From assembly GCA_002257235.1 (NCBI GenBank), contig NCGZ01000007.1, positions 1 to 51,526 on the forward strand: a stretch of DNA of 51,526 bases. The letters run 5' to 3'. The notes beneath the pieces were generated by a model, which saw only the letters and a list, made by a program, of their open reading frames with translations, did no database searches and had not been told where the DNA came from. Positions 29,808-38,697 of this stretch are shown one piece after another. How positions within the stretch are numbered: position 1 is the stretch's first letter; each line of letters begins with the position of its first letter. The DNA comes from Alphaproteobacteria bacterium 16-39-46 (GTDB taxonomy: Bacteria > Pseudomonadota > Alphaproteobacteria > 16-39-46). Position numbers and translations under genes: made by a program.

Positions 29808-31793
29808 ATGTGTCAAAAATCTGAGGAACGGCTGCGGGGATTTACTAATAAAACAATAACGTCCTGTACTCTTATTTTTTTGAGTCTTTTCTTTTTGACG
29901 TCTCACGTCTTGAGTCAGGTAGACTCTAAAAAAAATGAAATACAATTTTGTCCTTCTTCTTTTCAAGCCTTAAAGGAGGGAAGGTGGGGGGAGGCTGTGA
30001 CATTTTCAACGTCTTCTTGTCCTTTGTTAAGAGAAACAGCAGAATGGCTTTTAATGCAAGAGCCTCAATCAGGATGTACTTTTGAGCAAATTTCTCATTT
30101 TATTACGCGTCATCTTGACTGGCCTAAAATAAACGTTTTAAAAGAGCGTGCTGAAGAGGCTATGGATGAGAAAGTTTCTGATTCATCTCTTATTGCTTGG
30201 TTTCAAGCTCACCCTCCCCTAACAGGGACCGGGAGTTTTTTTTATGCTAAAGCTCTTCTCCGTAAGGGCATGAAAAAGCAGGCTCAAAAGTTTCTAAGAC
30301 ACACTTGGCAAACACAAATCATGGACCCAAGTGCGTATCAGAAATTTATGAAGGAATTTGAAAACGACTTGACGCCCAATGATTTTCTTAAGCGGGTTGA
30401 TATGTTATTGTGGGAAGAAAATGTAAAGGATATTTATCCGCTTTTAAAATATCTTCCAATTCTTCAGCAATTATGGGCTCATGGTCGAATTTCTTTGATT
30501 ACAAATAATGCGCATGCACAGAAATTTTTTGAAATCATCCGTTTTTTATTTAAAAAAGATCCTTTCTTGCGTGCTGGTTTATCTTATGATTATTTAAAAT
30601 ATCTTCGGAGAAAAAAGACTCTAGAAGCCTATGAATTTTATGAGACAGTTTCAGCTAAAGATCGTCAGCACCATTTAGATAAATGGTGGATAGAAAAAGA
30701 TTTTTTATGTCGCAGAGCTATTTATAATAAAAATTATAAAGTGGCTTACACGATGGCACGTGATCATCATATTCTCGAGGGGAAGGATATGGCAGAAGCT
30801 GAATTTCTCTTGGGATGGCTAAGTTTAAGGTTTCTGGAAAGTCCACAAAAAGCGCTCTCTCATTTTAAATATCTTTATAAACATGCAAAACGTCCACAGA
30901 CTAAAGCGCGTAGCGCTTTCTGGGTGGGACGCTCCTATGAAGCCCTAGGACAAAAAGTAAATGCTGGTAAATGGTACCAGAAAGCAGCTGAATACCAGTC
31001 GACTTTTTATGGTCAGTTAGCTTCTGATAAAATTAGAAAACCCCTTAAAGTTCAAACATTAGTGGTACCCCCTCAACGTCAAAAACTTTATAATGCTCAG
31101 CCTTTAGCTCAAGTCGCACAATTATTTTATGCGTCAAACCAAATTAAAAAAGGGCGTCGAATCTTATCTTTTCTTCAAACAAAAGCATCTTCTCTTGAGG
31201 AGGCCTTAGCTCTTATTGCTTTGACACATCAATTAGATCCTGAGTTTAAAGGAGGCATTATTAACGATCTTTCGAAAGATTGGGAGCTTTTAATTCATGA
31301 CGCATACCCAATCTTGCCTCTTCCAAGAAAAACGGTGCCGGCATCCTTGGTCCATGCCATTATTCGTCAAGAAAGTTCTTTTAATCCCTCTGTCATTAGT
31401 TTTGATTATGGGCACGGTTTAATGCAGCTTATGGATTTTACAGCGAAGAGAATGGCAAAACGGTTAAATCTACCATTTTCAGAAAGTAGACTGACGGAAG
31501 ATCCTCATTATAATATGGTGTTAGGAATAGAACATATAGAAGAAGTCCTTGAAGAGGTGGCGGGAGCACATATTTTAGTTATTCCTTCTTATAATGCAGG
31601 CGTGAAGGCTGTTGAAAACTGGATGGAACAACATGGAGATCCTCGAGGTCTGTTGCCCTATCCAATAGATCTCATTGATTGGATTGAGCTTATTCCCATA
31701 AAGGGAACCAGTGGTTATGTTCAAAGAGTCTTAGCAAATAAGCGAATTTATGATGTATTGTTGTCATCACAAAATTCAAATGAAGGGACTTAA
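29808..31793 (+). CDS. slt: Soluble lytic transglycosylase (Slt70-like)
   Basis: AIIRQESSF, GLMQLM, YNAG, DWIELIP...T.GYVQRV; helical N-terminal region. Confidence 0.9.
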   Translation: MCQKSEERLRGFTNKTITSCTLIFLSLFFLTSHVLSQVDSKKNEIQFCPSSFQALKEGRWGEAVTFSTSSCPLLRETAEWLLMQEPQSGCTFEQISHFITRHLDWPKINVLKERAEEAMDEKVSDSSLIAWFQAHPPLTGTGSFFYAKALLRKGMKKQAQKFLRHTWQTQIMDPSAYQKFMKEFENDLTPNDFLKRVDMLLWEENVKDIYPLLKYLPILQQLWAHGRISLITNNAHAQKFFEIIRFLFKKDPFLRAGLSYDYLKYLRRKKTLEAYEFYETVSAKDRQHHLDKWWIEKDFLCRRAIYNKNYKVAYTMARDHHILEGKDMAEAEFLLGWLSLRFLESPQKALSHFKYLYKHAKRPQTKARSAFWVGRSYEALGQKVNAGKWYQKAAEYQSTFYGQLASDKIRKPLKVQTLVVPPQRQKLYNAQPLAQVAQLFYASNQIKKGRRILSFLQTKASSLEEALALIALTHQLDPEFKGGIINDLSKDWELLIHDAYPILPLPRKTVPASLVHAIIRQESSFNPSVISFDYGHGLMQLMDFTAKRMAKRLNLPFSESRLTEDPHYNMVLGIEHIEEVLEEVAGAHILVIPSYNAGVKAVENWMEQHGDPRGLLPYPIDLIDWIELIPIKGTSGYVQRVLANKRIYDVLLSSQNSNEGT

Positions 31794-31935
31794 AGAGGAT
31801 TGAGGTTAATCTTTTTTTAAAAAATTATGGGACATTTTTTGATGTTTTAAGTTGATTTAAAATCATAAGGTGTTAAATTGAATCGAGAAGTAAGAAAAAT
31901 AATAGGTAATTTTTTAAATGGAAGGTAAATATAAA

Positions 31936-32253
31936 ATGAAAAAACTGTATGTCTTAGCTTTAGGAGTGATTTTTTCAACAAGTGGTGCTTATGCAGAGCC
32001 TGGGTTTGATTGTCGTAAAGCCACGACACCTACTGAGCATGTTATTTGTTCTGATGATGGTTTAGGTGTGCTCGATAAGGAAATTAATGAAGTTTATAAA
32101 AAATGCCTAGCATCGGTTCCTGATACTGAGGCGCTTAGAGTTGAGCAAAGAAAGTGGTTAAAAGAAGAAAGAAGTGACTATAAAACTGATGTAGGGCATC
32201 TTAAAGAGGTTTACACCCAACGAATTGCTGAGTTAAAAGCAAAACTAAAATAG
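31936..32253 (+). CDS. LprI-family lysozyme inhibitor, secreted
   Basis: Signal peptide; FDCRKATTPTEHVICSD..L..LD......Y; EQRKWL. Confidence 0.8.
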   Translation: MKKLYVLALGVIFSTSGAYAEPGFDCRKATTPTEHVICSDDGLGVLDKEINEVYKKCLASVPDTEALRVEQRKWLKEERSDYKTDVGHLKEVYTQRIAELKAKLK

Positions 32254-32257
32254 AAAT

Positions 32258-32345
32258 TTGACATCCTCTCCCTCCTAAAGGAGGGAGAGTACTTAAATTC
32301 AAGCAACAAGTTGGTCTAAGGGTTTTTCCTACTTTATCGAAGCTG
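32258..32345 (-). mobile_element. Orphan IS200/IS605 right end (tnpB 3'/omega-RNA-like remnant)
   Basis: Minus strand reads ...cgataaagtaggaa...ctctccctcctttaggagggagaggatgTCAA, with a perfect 11-bp stem at 32266-32289. No tnpA or tnpB nearby. Confidence 0.7.
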
Positions 32346-32441
32346 TCTTCACCGCTTTTGACAAGGTTGGCTCTTTAACATAAATTGAGAGAGATCATGT
32401 GTTAACATAGTTCCTAAGTTAAAAATAAGAGCTGGATAATT

Positions 32442-32780
32442 TTAAAACAGTTTTTGCCCATTTGGAACGGATGGGTCAACGGTCACGAGAGAGACAGCTC
32501 CATTTTCATCTGCAAATCCTACCAGTAAAAACTCTGACATAAATCCTGCAATATTTTTGGGATCCAGGTTAACGCAGCCGACAACGATCTTCCCAGGCAG
32601 GTCGGTGAGCGCATAATTTTCTGTAATTTGAGCAGAGGTTTGCTTAACGCCAATCTCGTCCCCAAAATCAACCCAAACCTTATAGGCAGGTTTACGGGCT
32701 TTCGGAAAAGATTCTGCTTTTACAATCCGACCTGAGCGTAGATTCACTTTTTCAAAGTCTTGGTAAGTTATGTTTGACAT
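32442..32780 (-). CDS. csaA: tRNA-binding/export chaperone CsaA
   Basis: FPKARKPAYK...DFG..IG.K.TSAQIT..Y; SEFLLVG; VPNG.KLF. Confidence 0.9.
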   Translation of the reverse strand: MSNITYQDFEKVNLRSGRIVKAESFPKARKPAYKVWVDFGDEIGVKQTSAQITENYALTDLPGKIVVGCVNLDPKNIAGFMSEFLLVGFADENGAVSLVTVDPSVPNGQKLF

Positions 32781-32791
32781 GTCGATCTCCT

Positions 32792-34072
32792 TTAGAGATT
32801 AGGGTTAAAAGAAACAGATTTTTCTTTTAGAGGAGATGAAAAAAGAAAAAAAGAGAGGAAAAGACTTAAGAGTACAGCTCCTAATATCACCGAAAAAGCC
32901 ATATAATAGCCCTGTTCTGGATACAGAGGAATCCCATTATGATCTCGAGTCCCTTGCCAACTTGCGTCTAAGAGGATCCCAAAGAGATACTGTAAGGTAG
33001 CGCCTCCCATCATCACAGCACCATTAATAAATCCTGTGATGGTTCCGGAATTTTTAGAAGATCCAATGCGACACGCATGGGCGAAACAAAGCATTTCAGC
33101 ACCGGCAAAGAATCCAATGTTAAAAAACAAGATGCCTTTTAAAAAGAAAGAAGACTCAAGGGCAAAAAATAACAGAAGAAGATTGATGAGAATTCCCCCG
33201 AGACACGCGATAATGAGAATTTTCTGATGTATTTTTCGACTCAAAAGCGGAATTGCAACGCTTCCAATACAGAGTCCAACATAAAGGAGAGAAGTGAGGT
33301 GGGCAGCCTTTATGCGGGACAAATGATAAACCTGCATGCAAAATGAAACGCCCCAGAGGTCCGCAAGAACAGAAATGGTGCTATAAATTCCGAGGGCAAC
33401 AGAACCGCTGATCCAACATTGACGTGATTTAAAAATGGAAAGAAGAGAGGAAAGCGTTTTTGACGTTTCTTTTTCAAATTCTGTTTTCTCATTGAAGGCA
33501 AAACTGGGTTTTTCTCTGAGGCCATAATAATTTAAGATTGCAACGAGAGCACCAATACCACTCAAAAGGACCAAGGTTTCACGCCATGTTATGATTTCAA
33601 GAAGATAGGCAACGGTATTTCCGCCATTTAAAGCCCCAATTGTTCCTGCCGTCATCGTAAATCCAAAGAAAAGAGATTGATGTTTAACCCCAAATCCTCC
33701 TAAAGCAACCTTTGCAACTGAAAGGAAGGCGGAGGCTGATCCAATGCCGATAATGATGCGGCCCAATGTTGCAACCCCAAAATGATCTGTTTTTGCCACA
33801 AGAAGAGAGCCAAAGATGCACAGAAAAATGGAGATGAGAATCAATCGTCGAGGACCCCACAAATCGGCAAGAATTCCCACTGGAATTTGCATAAAACTAT
33901 AGGCATAAAGGGAAACGGAGGAGAGGAAGGCAATTCCTGCAGCATCGGTTGAAAAAGAGGCCATCATGTCTGAGATCATGACACTGGGAGAGACCCTGAG
34001 CACAAACTGATACATGTAAAATGTTGATGCGCAAAAGAAGGCAATATAAGAAGAACGGGAAAAGGAACTCAT
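32792..34072 (-). CDS. MFS transporter
   Basis: GILADLWGPRR motif A; about 12 TM segments; same subfamily as 687..2000. Confidence 0.9.
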   Translation of the reverse strand: MSSFSRSSYIAFFCASTFYMYQFVLRVSPSVMISDMMASFSTDAAGIAFLSSVSLYAYSFMQIPVGILADLWGPRRLILISIFLCIFGSLLVAKTDHFGVATLGRIIIGIGSASAFLSVAKVALGGFGVKHQSLFFGFTMTAGTIGALNGGNTVAYLLEIITWRETLVLLSGIGALVAILNYYGLREKPSFAFNEKTEFEKETSKTLSSLLSIFKSRQCWISGSVALGIYSTISVLADLWGVSFCMQVYHLSRIKAAHLTSLLYVGLCIGSVAIPLLSRKIHQKILIIACLGGILINLLLLFFALESSFFLKGILFFNIGFFAGAEMLCFAHACRIGSSKNSGTITGFINGAVMMGGATLQYLFGILLDASWQGTRDHNGIPLYPEQGYYMAFSVILGAVLLSLFLSFFLFSSPLKEKSVSFNPNL

Positions 34073-34303
34073 TTTTTTACTCTCAAAGCTTAACCAAATG
34101 GCGCCTAAAATAGGGGCTTTTTAAGGTATGTTAATTTTTCTGGAAAAAGGGAACAATTAAGCTTAAGCGACCCGAGGTCGCTTATAGAGAAAACAGAGAG
34201 TAAAAGAATATGTGCTTTGAGTCATATTTTATAAATAAGTGAAATTTGCATGAAATTCAAGGTTTATTTTAAATTTGTGTCTAAATTTAGAGATTTTGAC
34301 ACC

Positions 34304-35821
34304 CTAGATTCTTCTCAAAAGTAAATGAAAGGAAGGGAGAATGTCACTATAATCAATCTTATTGAGGATGTTTTTTTTATCATCGTTTTCTGGGTTGTTG
34401 TATTTTTCATTTTGACTGTCAATAATATCTCTAACATGTGTATCAAAATATTCGATGAGCAATTGTTTATCGTAAGTGAGAGGGCTTGTGAGGAGATGAT
34501 CAAAGTTTTTCGCCCATAAAGAAGGGGGAAAAGAGGGGACAAAGCGCCATTCGCTCGTTTCGTTATGATCGAGCAAAGTATGGCTTGGAACATGTGTTAC
34601 GGTTGCGGGTACACGAAAATGAAGATTTTTTTTACTGGGAAAAGAAAGCAGTTGAGTTCCACCATCTTTTGAACTTCTTTCTGCGATGAAAGAGTGTCGA
34701 TCATCGTGAGGGTTTTCAATATTAAATTCATTTATAGCGCAGACATGACAGTGAGGCATTTCTAATTGTGCTTCTTTAAAACTTCTTAATATCTCTTCTA
34801 TAAGAAAAGAAATGCCACTTCCTGTATAAATAACGTCAACAAAATGAAGAGATTTTAGATTTTTGTTTTCTGGCGTGAGTCCAGCTTGCCTTAGCCGGGT
34901 TCTTAAGTGATCTAATCGCTCAGGGGTAATGCAATTTCTACTATCTTTAAGAGTTGGTTTTCCCGAAAAAGGAAAGAAAATAATATTCCGAAGGTCGTCA
35001 GGTTCGCTGGATTGTAGGATCATTTGAACAGCACGTCCAAGAAGGTAAACTGTATTGCCTATAAAAATCAAGGAGTCTCCTTTTTGACTGACGTGTAGAA
35101 TTTTTTGGGCGCCTAGATAAAGATTTTGAATCAAGTTATGGTCCAAAAAACCATACGATTGTGAGAGAAAAAACTGTCGACGTCTTTCAGAGTTCGATGG
35201 AATCTCCCCTTTGAAGTAAGTGGAAGAAAAAAAATGATAAAAGAGATGATCTGAGGGCAGTGTGCCTTCTCGAAACTTTTCAATTTCTTTTTGATATTTT
35301 TGACCATATAGGGGATGCTCGGAAAGATCTTCAATAGCGTCTCTCGGGCGCAAAAAGAGATCTCTTGGAGAGCATTTTTTATAAATTCTATTTAAGATCT
35401 CTTTTTGGTGTGAAGAGGGAGCCGCTAACATGAGTTCAAGATGTTCCATCCATACAGGAATTTCATCACGAAATTGCATTGGTATTCCGAAATAGTCTTC
35501 TGTAAAGAACCGAGAGGCAACAGAGTCTGCTTTTGGCTGTCCTAATTTTTCAACGAGATAATCATAAAAATAGTGTTTTGCTTCTTTAGGGCTGACCAAA
35601 AGCTTCTGAGAGAGGAAGGGGGGTCCATTGAGACTATCAATGAGGGTACCCAAGTGATCTCTGAGAACTTGATTTTCTCTGGGGTTCAAAGACCTTGTAT
35701 TAGGTGTTTCGGAGAGGTCTATAATCTCAACGGGAGGAAGGGCTTCTAAAACAGACGATAATTGACTGAAAAATAATGTTAAAAGAATAAAAGTGACGTA
35801 TTTAATTTGTTTGAAGGGCAT
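34304..35821 (-). CDS. Exported hypothetical protein with a PRTase-like motif
   Basis: Signal-peptide-like N-terminus; LHFVDVIYTGSGI resembles the PRPP-binding loop. ATG 35821 has GAGG upstream. Confidence 0.55.
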   Translation of the reverse strand: MPFKQIKYVTFILLTLFFSQLSSVLEALPPVEIIDLSETPNTRSLNPRENQVLRDHLGTLIDSLNGPPFLSQKLLVSPKEAKHYFYDYLVEKLGQPKADSVASRFFTEDYFGIPMQFRDEIPVWMEHLELMLAAPSSHQKEILNRIYKKCSPRDLFLRPRDAIEDLSEHPLYGQKYQKEIEKFREGTLPSDHLFYHFFSSTYFKGEIPSNSERRRQFFLSQSYGFLDHNLIQNLYLGAQKILHVSQKGDSLIFIGNTVYLLGRAVQMILQSSEPDDLRNIIFFPFSGKPTLKDSRNCITPERLDHLRTRLRQAGLTPENKNLKSLHFVDVIYTGSGISFLIEEILRSFKEAQLEMPHCHVCAINEFNIENPHDDRHSFIAERSSKDGGTQLLSFPSKKNLHFRVPATVTHVPSHTLLDHNETSEWRFVPSFPPSLWAKNFDHLLTSPLTYDKQLLIEYFDTHVRDIIDSQNEKYNNPENDDKKNILNKIDYSDILPSFHLLLRRI

Positions 35822-35951
35822 TTTTGACCTCAAAAATGAAAACCGATATGTAAATATAAATATATATAAGAACTCTTAAATTTGAAAACAAGAGTTTTGG
35901 ACAAAATAAAGCAGGAATAACGGTATTTTTTTATTCTCAAAATTAGGAAAT

Positions 35952-36106
35952 GTCGATTATGTGACGCGTTTTGAGGTCTATTTTCTCCTCACATAATTAA
36001 CAAAAGTCGATTATGTGAAGAGTTTTGAGGTCTATTTTCTCCTCACATAATTAACAAAAGTCGATTATGTGAAGAGTTTTAAGTGGCGTTTTCTATTCAT
36101 ATGAGG
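35952..36106. repeat. 54-bp tandem repeat (2 near-identical units plus 1 degenerate), each with an internal inverted repeat
   Basis: Units start at 35952, 36006 and 36060; ATTATGTGA...TCACATAAT palindrome in each. Confidence 0.95.
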
Positions 36107-36147
36107 TAGACTTGATGAAAGTATGCAGAAAGGAGGATAATATCTCA

Positions 36148-37587
36148 ATGTCAATATTTGTTGGAAGGAAAAGGGAACTTGAACGACTGAAGGTACTTTT
36201 TTCCAAAAAATTTGCGAGTTTAGCCGTTATAAAAGGGCGCAGACGAATTGGTAAAAGCCGATTGGTAGAGGAGTTCGCAAAAGGAAAAAAGTTTTTTGTT
36301 TTTTCAGGAATTCCACCTACGGATGGGATTTCAGCACAATCTCAAAGAGATGTTTTTGCACGTCAACTCGGAAATCAAATTGGATTACCCAGTATTCAAT
36401 CTCAAGATTGGTCAGATCTTTTTACATTACTCGCACGCTATACAAATCAAGAACGTGTGGTGGTCTTATTTGATGAGATATCATGGATGGGATCCAAGGA
36501 CCCTACATTTCTTGGAAAACTGAAGAATGCATGGGATTTAGAATTTCAAAAAAATCCAAAGTTTGTATTGGTTTTTTGTGGATCTGTATCAACTTGGATT
36601 GAACAAAATATTATCAGTAGTACAGCTTTTTTTGGGAGGATCTCCCTTTATTTAACATTAAAAGAGCTGCCCTTGGATGAATGTAATGAGCTTTTAGATG
36701 TTCAGGGGTTCCGTGGATCCACTTATGAAAAATTTAAAATATTATCCGTAACAGGGGGGATCCCTTGGTATCTGCAACAAATTCAATCCAATCTCACAGC
36801 GGACGATAATATTAAAAATTTATGTTTCAATAAAGATGGGATCCTTTTTAATGAGTTTAATCTAATTTTTCATGACATATTTGAAAAAAGAAGTGAGATT
36901 TATAGGCCCATTGTGGATGTTTTAGCCAATGGTCCACGAGAATATAATCAAATAATCCATGAGTTAAAATATTCGAAAAGCGGGACTTTAAGCTCTTATC
37001 TTGAGGATCTTATTCAATCGGGGTTTGTACAGCGTGATTACACTTGGAATCTTAAGGCAGGAAAATCTTCTCGATTAAGCCATTTTCGCCTCAGTGATAA
37101 TTATTTAAGATTTTATCTTAAATTTATTTGGCCTAATAACGTTAAAATTCTGCAAGATAGTTTTAAAGATGTTACTCTATCGTCGTTGCCGGGTTGGAAG
37201 ACGATTTTAGGACTTCAATTTGAAAATTTGGTTTTGAATAATCGAAAAAAAATATGGGAAAATCTCCAGATAAGACCTGAAAATATTGAGTCTAACAATC
37301 CTTTTTTTCAAAGAAAGACAGAGAGAACACATGGTTGCCAAATTGATTATCTTGTTCAAACTCAATTTAACACTTTGTTTGCGTGTGAGGTTAAGTTTTC
37401 TCAAACGGATATAAAATCAGAAATTATTCAAGAGATGAAGGATAAGCTTGCACGCCTTATGCTCCCTCGAGGATTTTCTTGTTTCCCTGTTCTTATTCAC
37501 GTGAATGGCGTCAATGAGCATGTCGTAGATCAAGGGTATTTTACAGAACTTATTGACTTTTCAGAGTTTTTAGATAAAAAATCATGA
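36148..37587 (+). CDS. Archaeal-type ATPase (ATPase_2/AAA) plus wHTH plus DUF234-like PD-(D/E)XK domain
   Basis: FVGRKREL, GRRRIGKS, LFDEISW, TGGIPWYL, C-terminal QIDYL...CEVKF. AGGAGG RBS favours ATG 36148. Confidence 0.85.
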   Translation: MSIFVGRKRELERLKVLFSKKFASLAVIKGRRRIGKSRLVEEFAKGKKFFVFSGIPPTDGISAQSQRDVFARQLGNQIGLPSIQSQDWSDLFTLLARYTNQERVVVLFDEISWMGSKDPTFLGKLKNAWDLEFQKNPKFVLVFCGSVSTWIEQNIISSTAFFGRISLYLTLKELPLDECNELLDVQGFRGSTYEKFKILSVTGGIPWYLQQIQSNLTADDNIKNLCFNKDGILFNEFNLIFHDIFEKRSEIYRPIVDVLANGPREYNQIIHELKYSKSGTLSSYLEDLIQSGFVQRDYTWNLKAGKSSRLSHFRLSDNYLRFYLKFIWPNNVKILQDSFKDVTLSSLPGWKTILGLQFENLVLNNRKKIWENLQIRPENIESNNPFFQRKTERTHGCQIDYLVQTQFNTLFACEVKFSQTDIKSEIIQEMKDKLARLMLPRGFSCFPVLIHVNGVNEHVVDQGYFTELIDFSEFLDKKS

Positions 37588-37599
37588 AGATATTTGTAT

Positions 37600-37689
37600 C
37601 GGAGTCTCTTAAACAAATGGACTCCGACTCAATTATGATCTCTCATAACTGAGTCGCGACTAATTTATGATGGCATCATAACTGGGTCG
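37600..37689. repeat. Three abutting hairpins; two are related CGAC-TTATGA/TCATAA-GTCG palindromes
   Basis: 37600-37626, 37625-37656 and 37657-37689. Confidence 0.85.
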
Positions 37690-37758
37690 AATGCGTGCGA
37701 GATTATTATTTAACAATTTGAAATATTTGGAAAAAATGGCGTAGATTTACGAGAAAAT

Positions 37759-38697
37759 CTACTTTTTCGTATGCTTTAGAAGATAAATGCCACTGAAAAT
37801 GATAATAGAGCTCCCTAAGATCAGAGAGAAGGATGGAAGTCTGTTCCAAATCATATCATCAAACAGCAAAGACCAGAGAAGTTGCGTATAGATGAGCGGC
37901 GCTAAAACAGCGGGGCTTGTTTGCCGAAAGGCCAATGCGAGAAAACTTTGACCCAAGGCTCCAAAAATCCCAAGACCGAGAATATCCCAGATATGGTCTT
38001 GACCAAGAGGGACCCATGTTTCAAAGGGCGTAAAGAGAAGCCCTCCGAGTGTTGAAAACAAGGCATAATAAAATAAGATGGTGAGCATTCTATCTTTTTT
38101 AACGATCGTGCGGAATGAGAGAAGAACGATGGCATCAAAGGTAACAGCAAGCAGACACGCGAGAGAAGCTTTGATGTGAAACGTAAAAGGGGTTGTAAAG
38201 GGCGCCGTTATGATTAAAACGCCAATAAAACCAATCGTAATGGCAATCCAATTTTTAAACTTAATGTGTTCTTTAAAAACGAAAAGAGAGAGAAGGGTGA
38301 TGATAAACGTCTCCGAAAAACTGATCGCTGTTGCATCAGAAAGGGGCATGATCTCAAAGGCATAAAACAAGAAATAAAGACAAAATGCTGAAAATATACC
38401 TTGAAATCCATGGATTTTAAGATGAGGCGTTGAAAAGACGGAAGAGAGATTCTTTGAGGAGAGGATTAAAATATAAAGGGTGAGGGGGATGAGAAAAATA
38501 AGCCCTCTTAAAATCACCATTTCTCCCAAGGGATAATATTCAGAAGAGGTTTTAATAAAAACATTTGCAATAGAATAGGCAAGAACACCGAGAAGAAAAT
38601 AAAAAGCTCCTTTTAAAGGATGAGATTTCTTTTGGGGGTTGCCTTCTGGGAGAGGGATATATTCAACGACGGTAAAATTATCTCCAGCCTCTGTCAT
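37759..38697 (-). CDS. DMT/EamA family transporter
   Basis: About 10 TM segments; PL..AT.ISF, E.I....WIAI.IGF.GVLII, APL.YTQL.W. Confidence 0.88.
   Translation of the reverse strand: MTEAGDNFTVVEYIPLPEGNPQKKSHPLKGAFYFLLGVLAYSIANVFIKTSSEYYPLGEMVILRGLIFLIPLTLYILILSSKNLSSVFSTPHLKIHGFQGIFSAFCLYFLFYAFEIMPLSDATAISFSETFIITLLSLFVFKEHIKFKNWIAITIGFIGVLIITAPFTTPFTFHIKASLACLLAVTFDAIVLLSFRTIVKKDRMLTILFYYALFSTLGGLLFTPFETWVPLGQDHIWDILGLGIFGALGQSFLALAFRQTSPAVLAPLIYTQLLWSLLFDDMIWNRLPSFSLILGSSIIIFSGIYLLKHTKK

Noticed and set aside
34164-34184. Perfect 9-bp hairpin TAAGCGACC/GGTCGCTTA as a terminator
   Set aside because: No U-tract on the relevant strand, so its function cannot be supported.
35952-36106. 54-bp repeats as a CRISPR array
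   Set aside because: Units are contiguous and near-identical with no unique spacers, and no cas genes are present.
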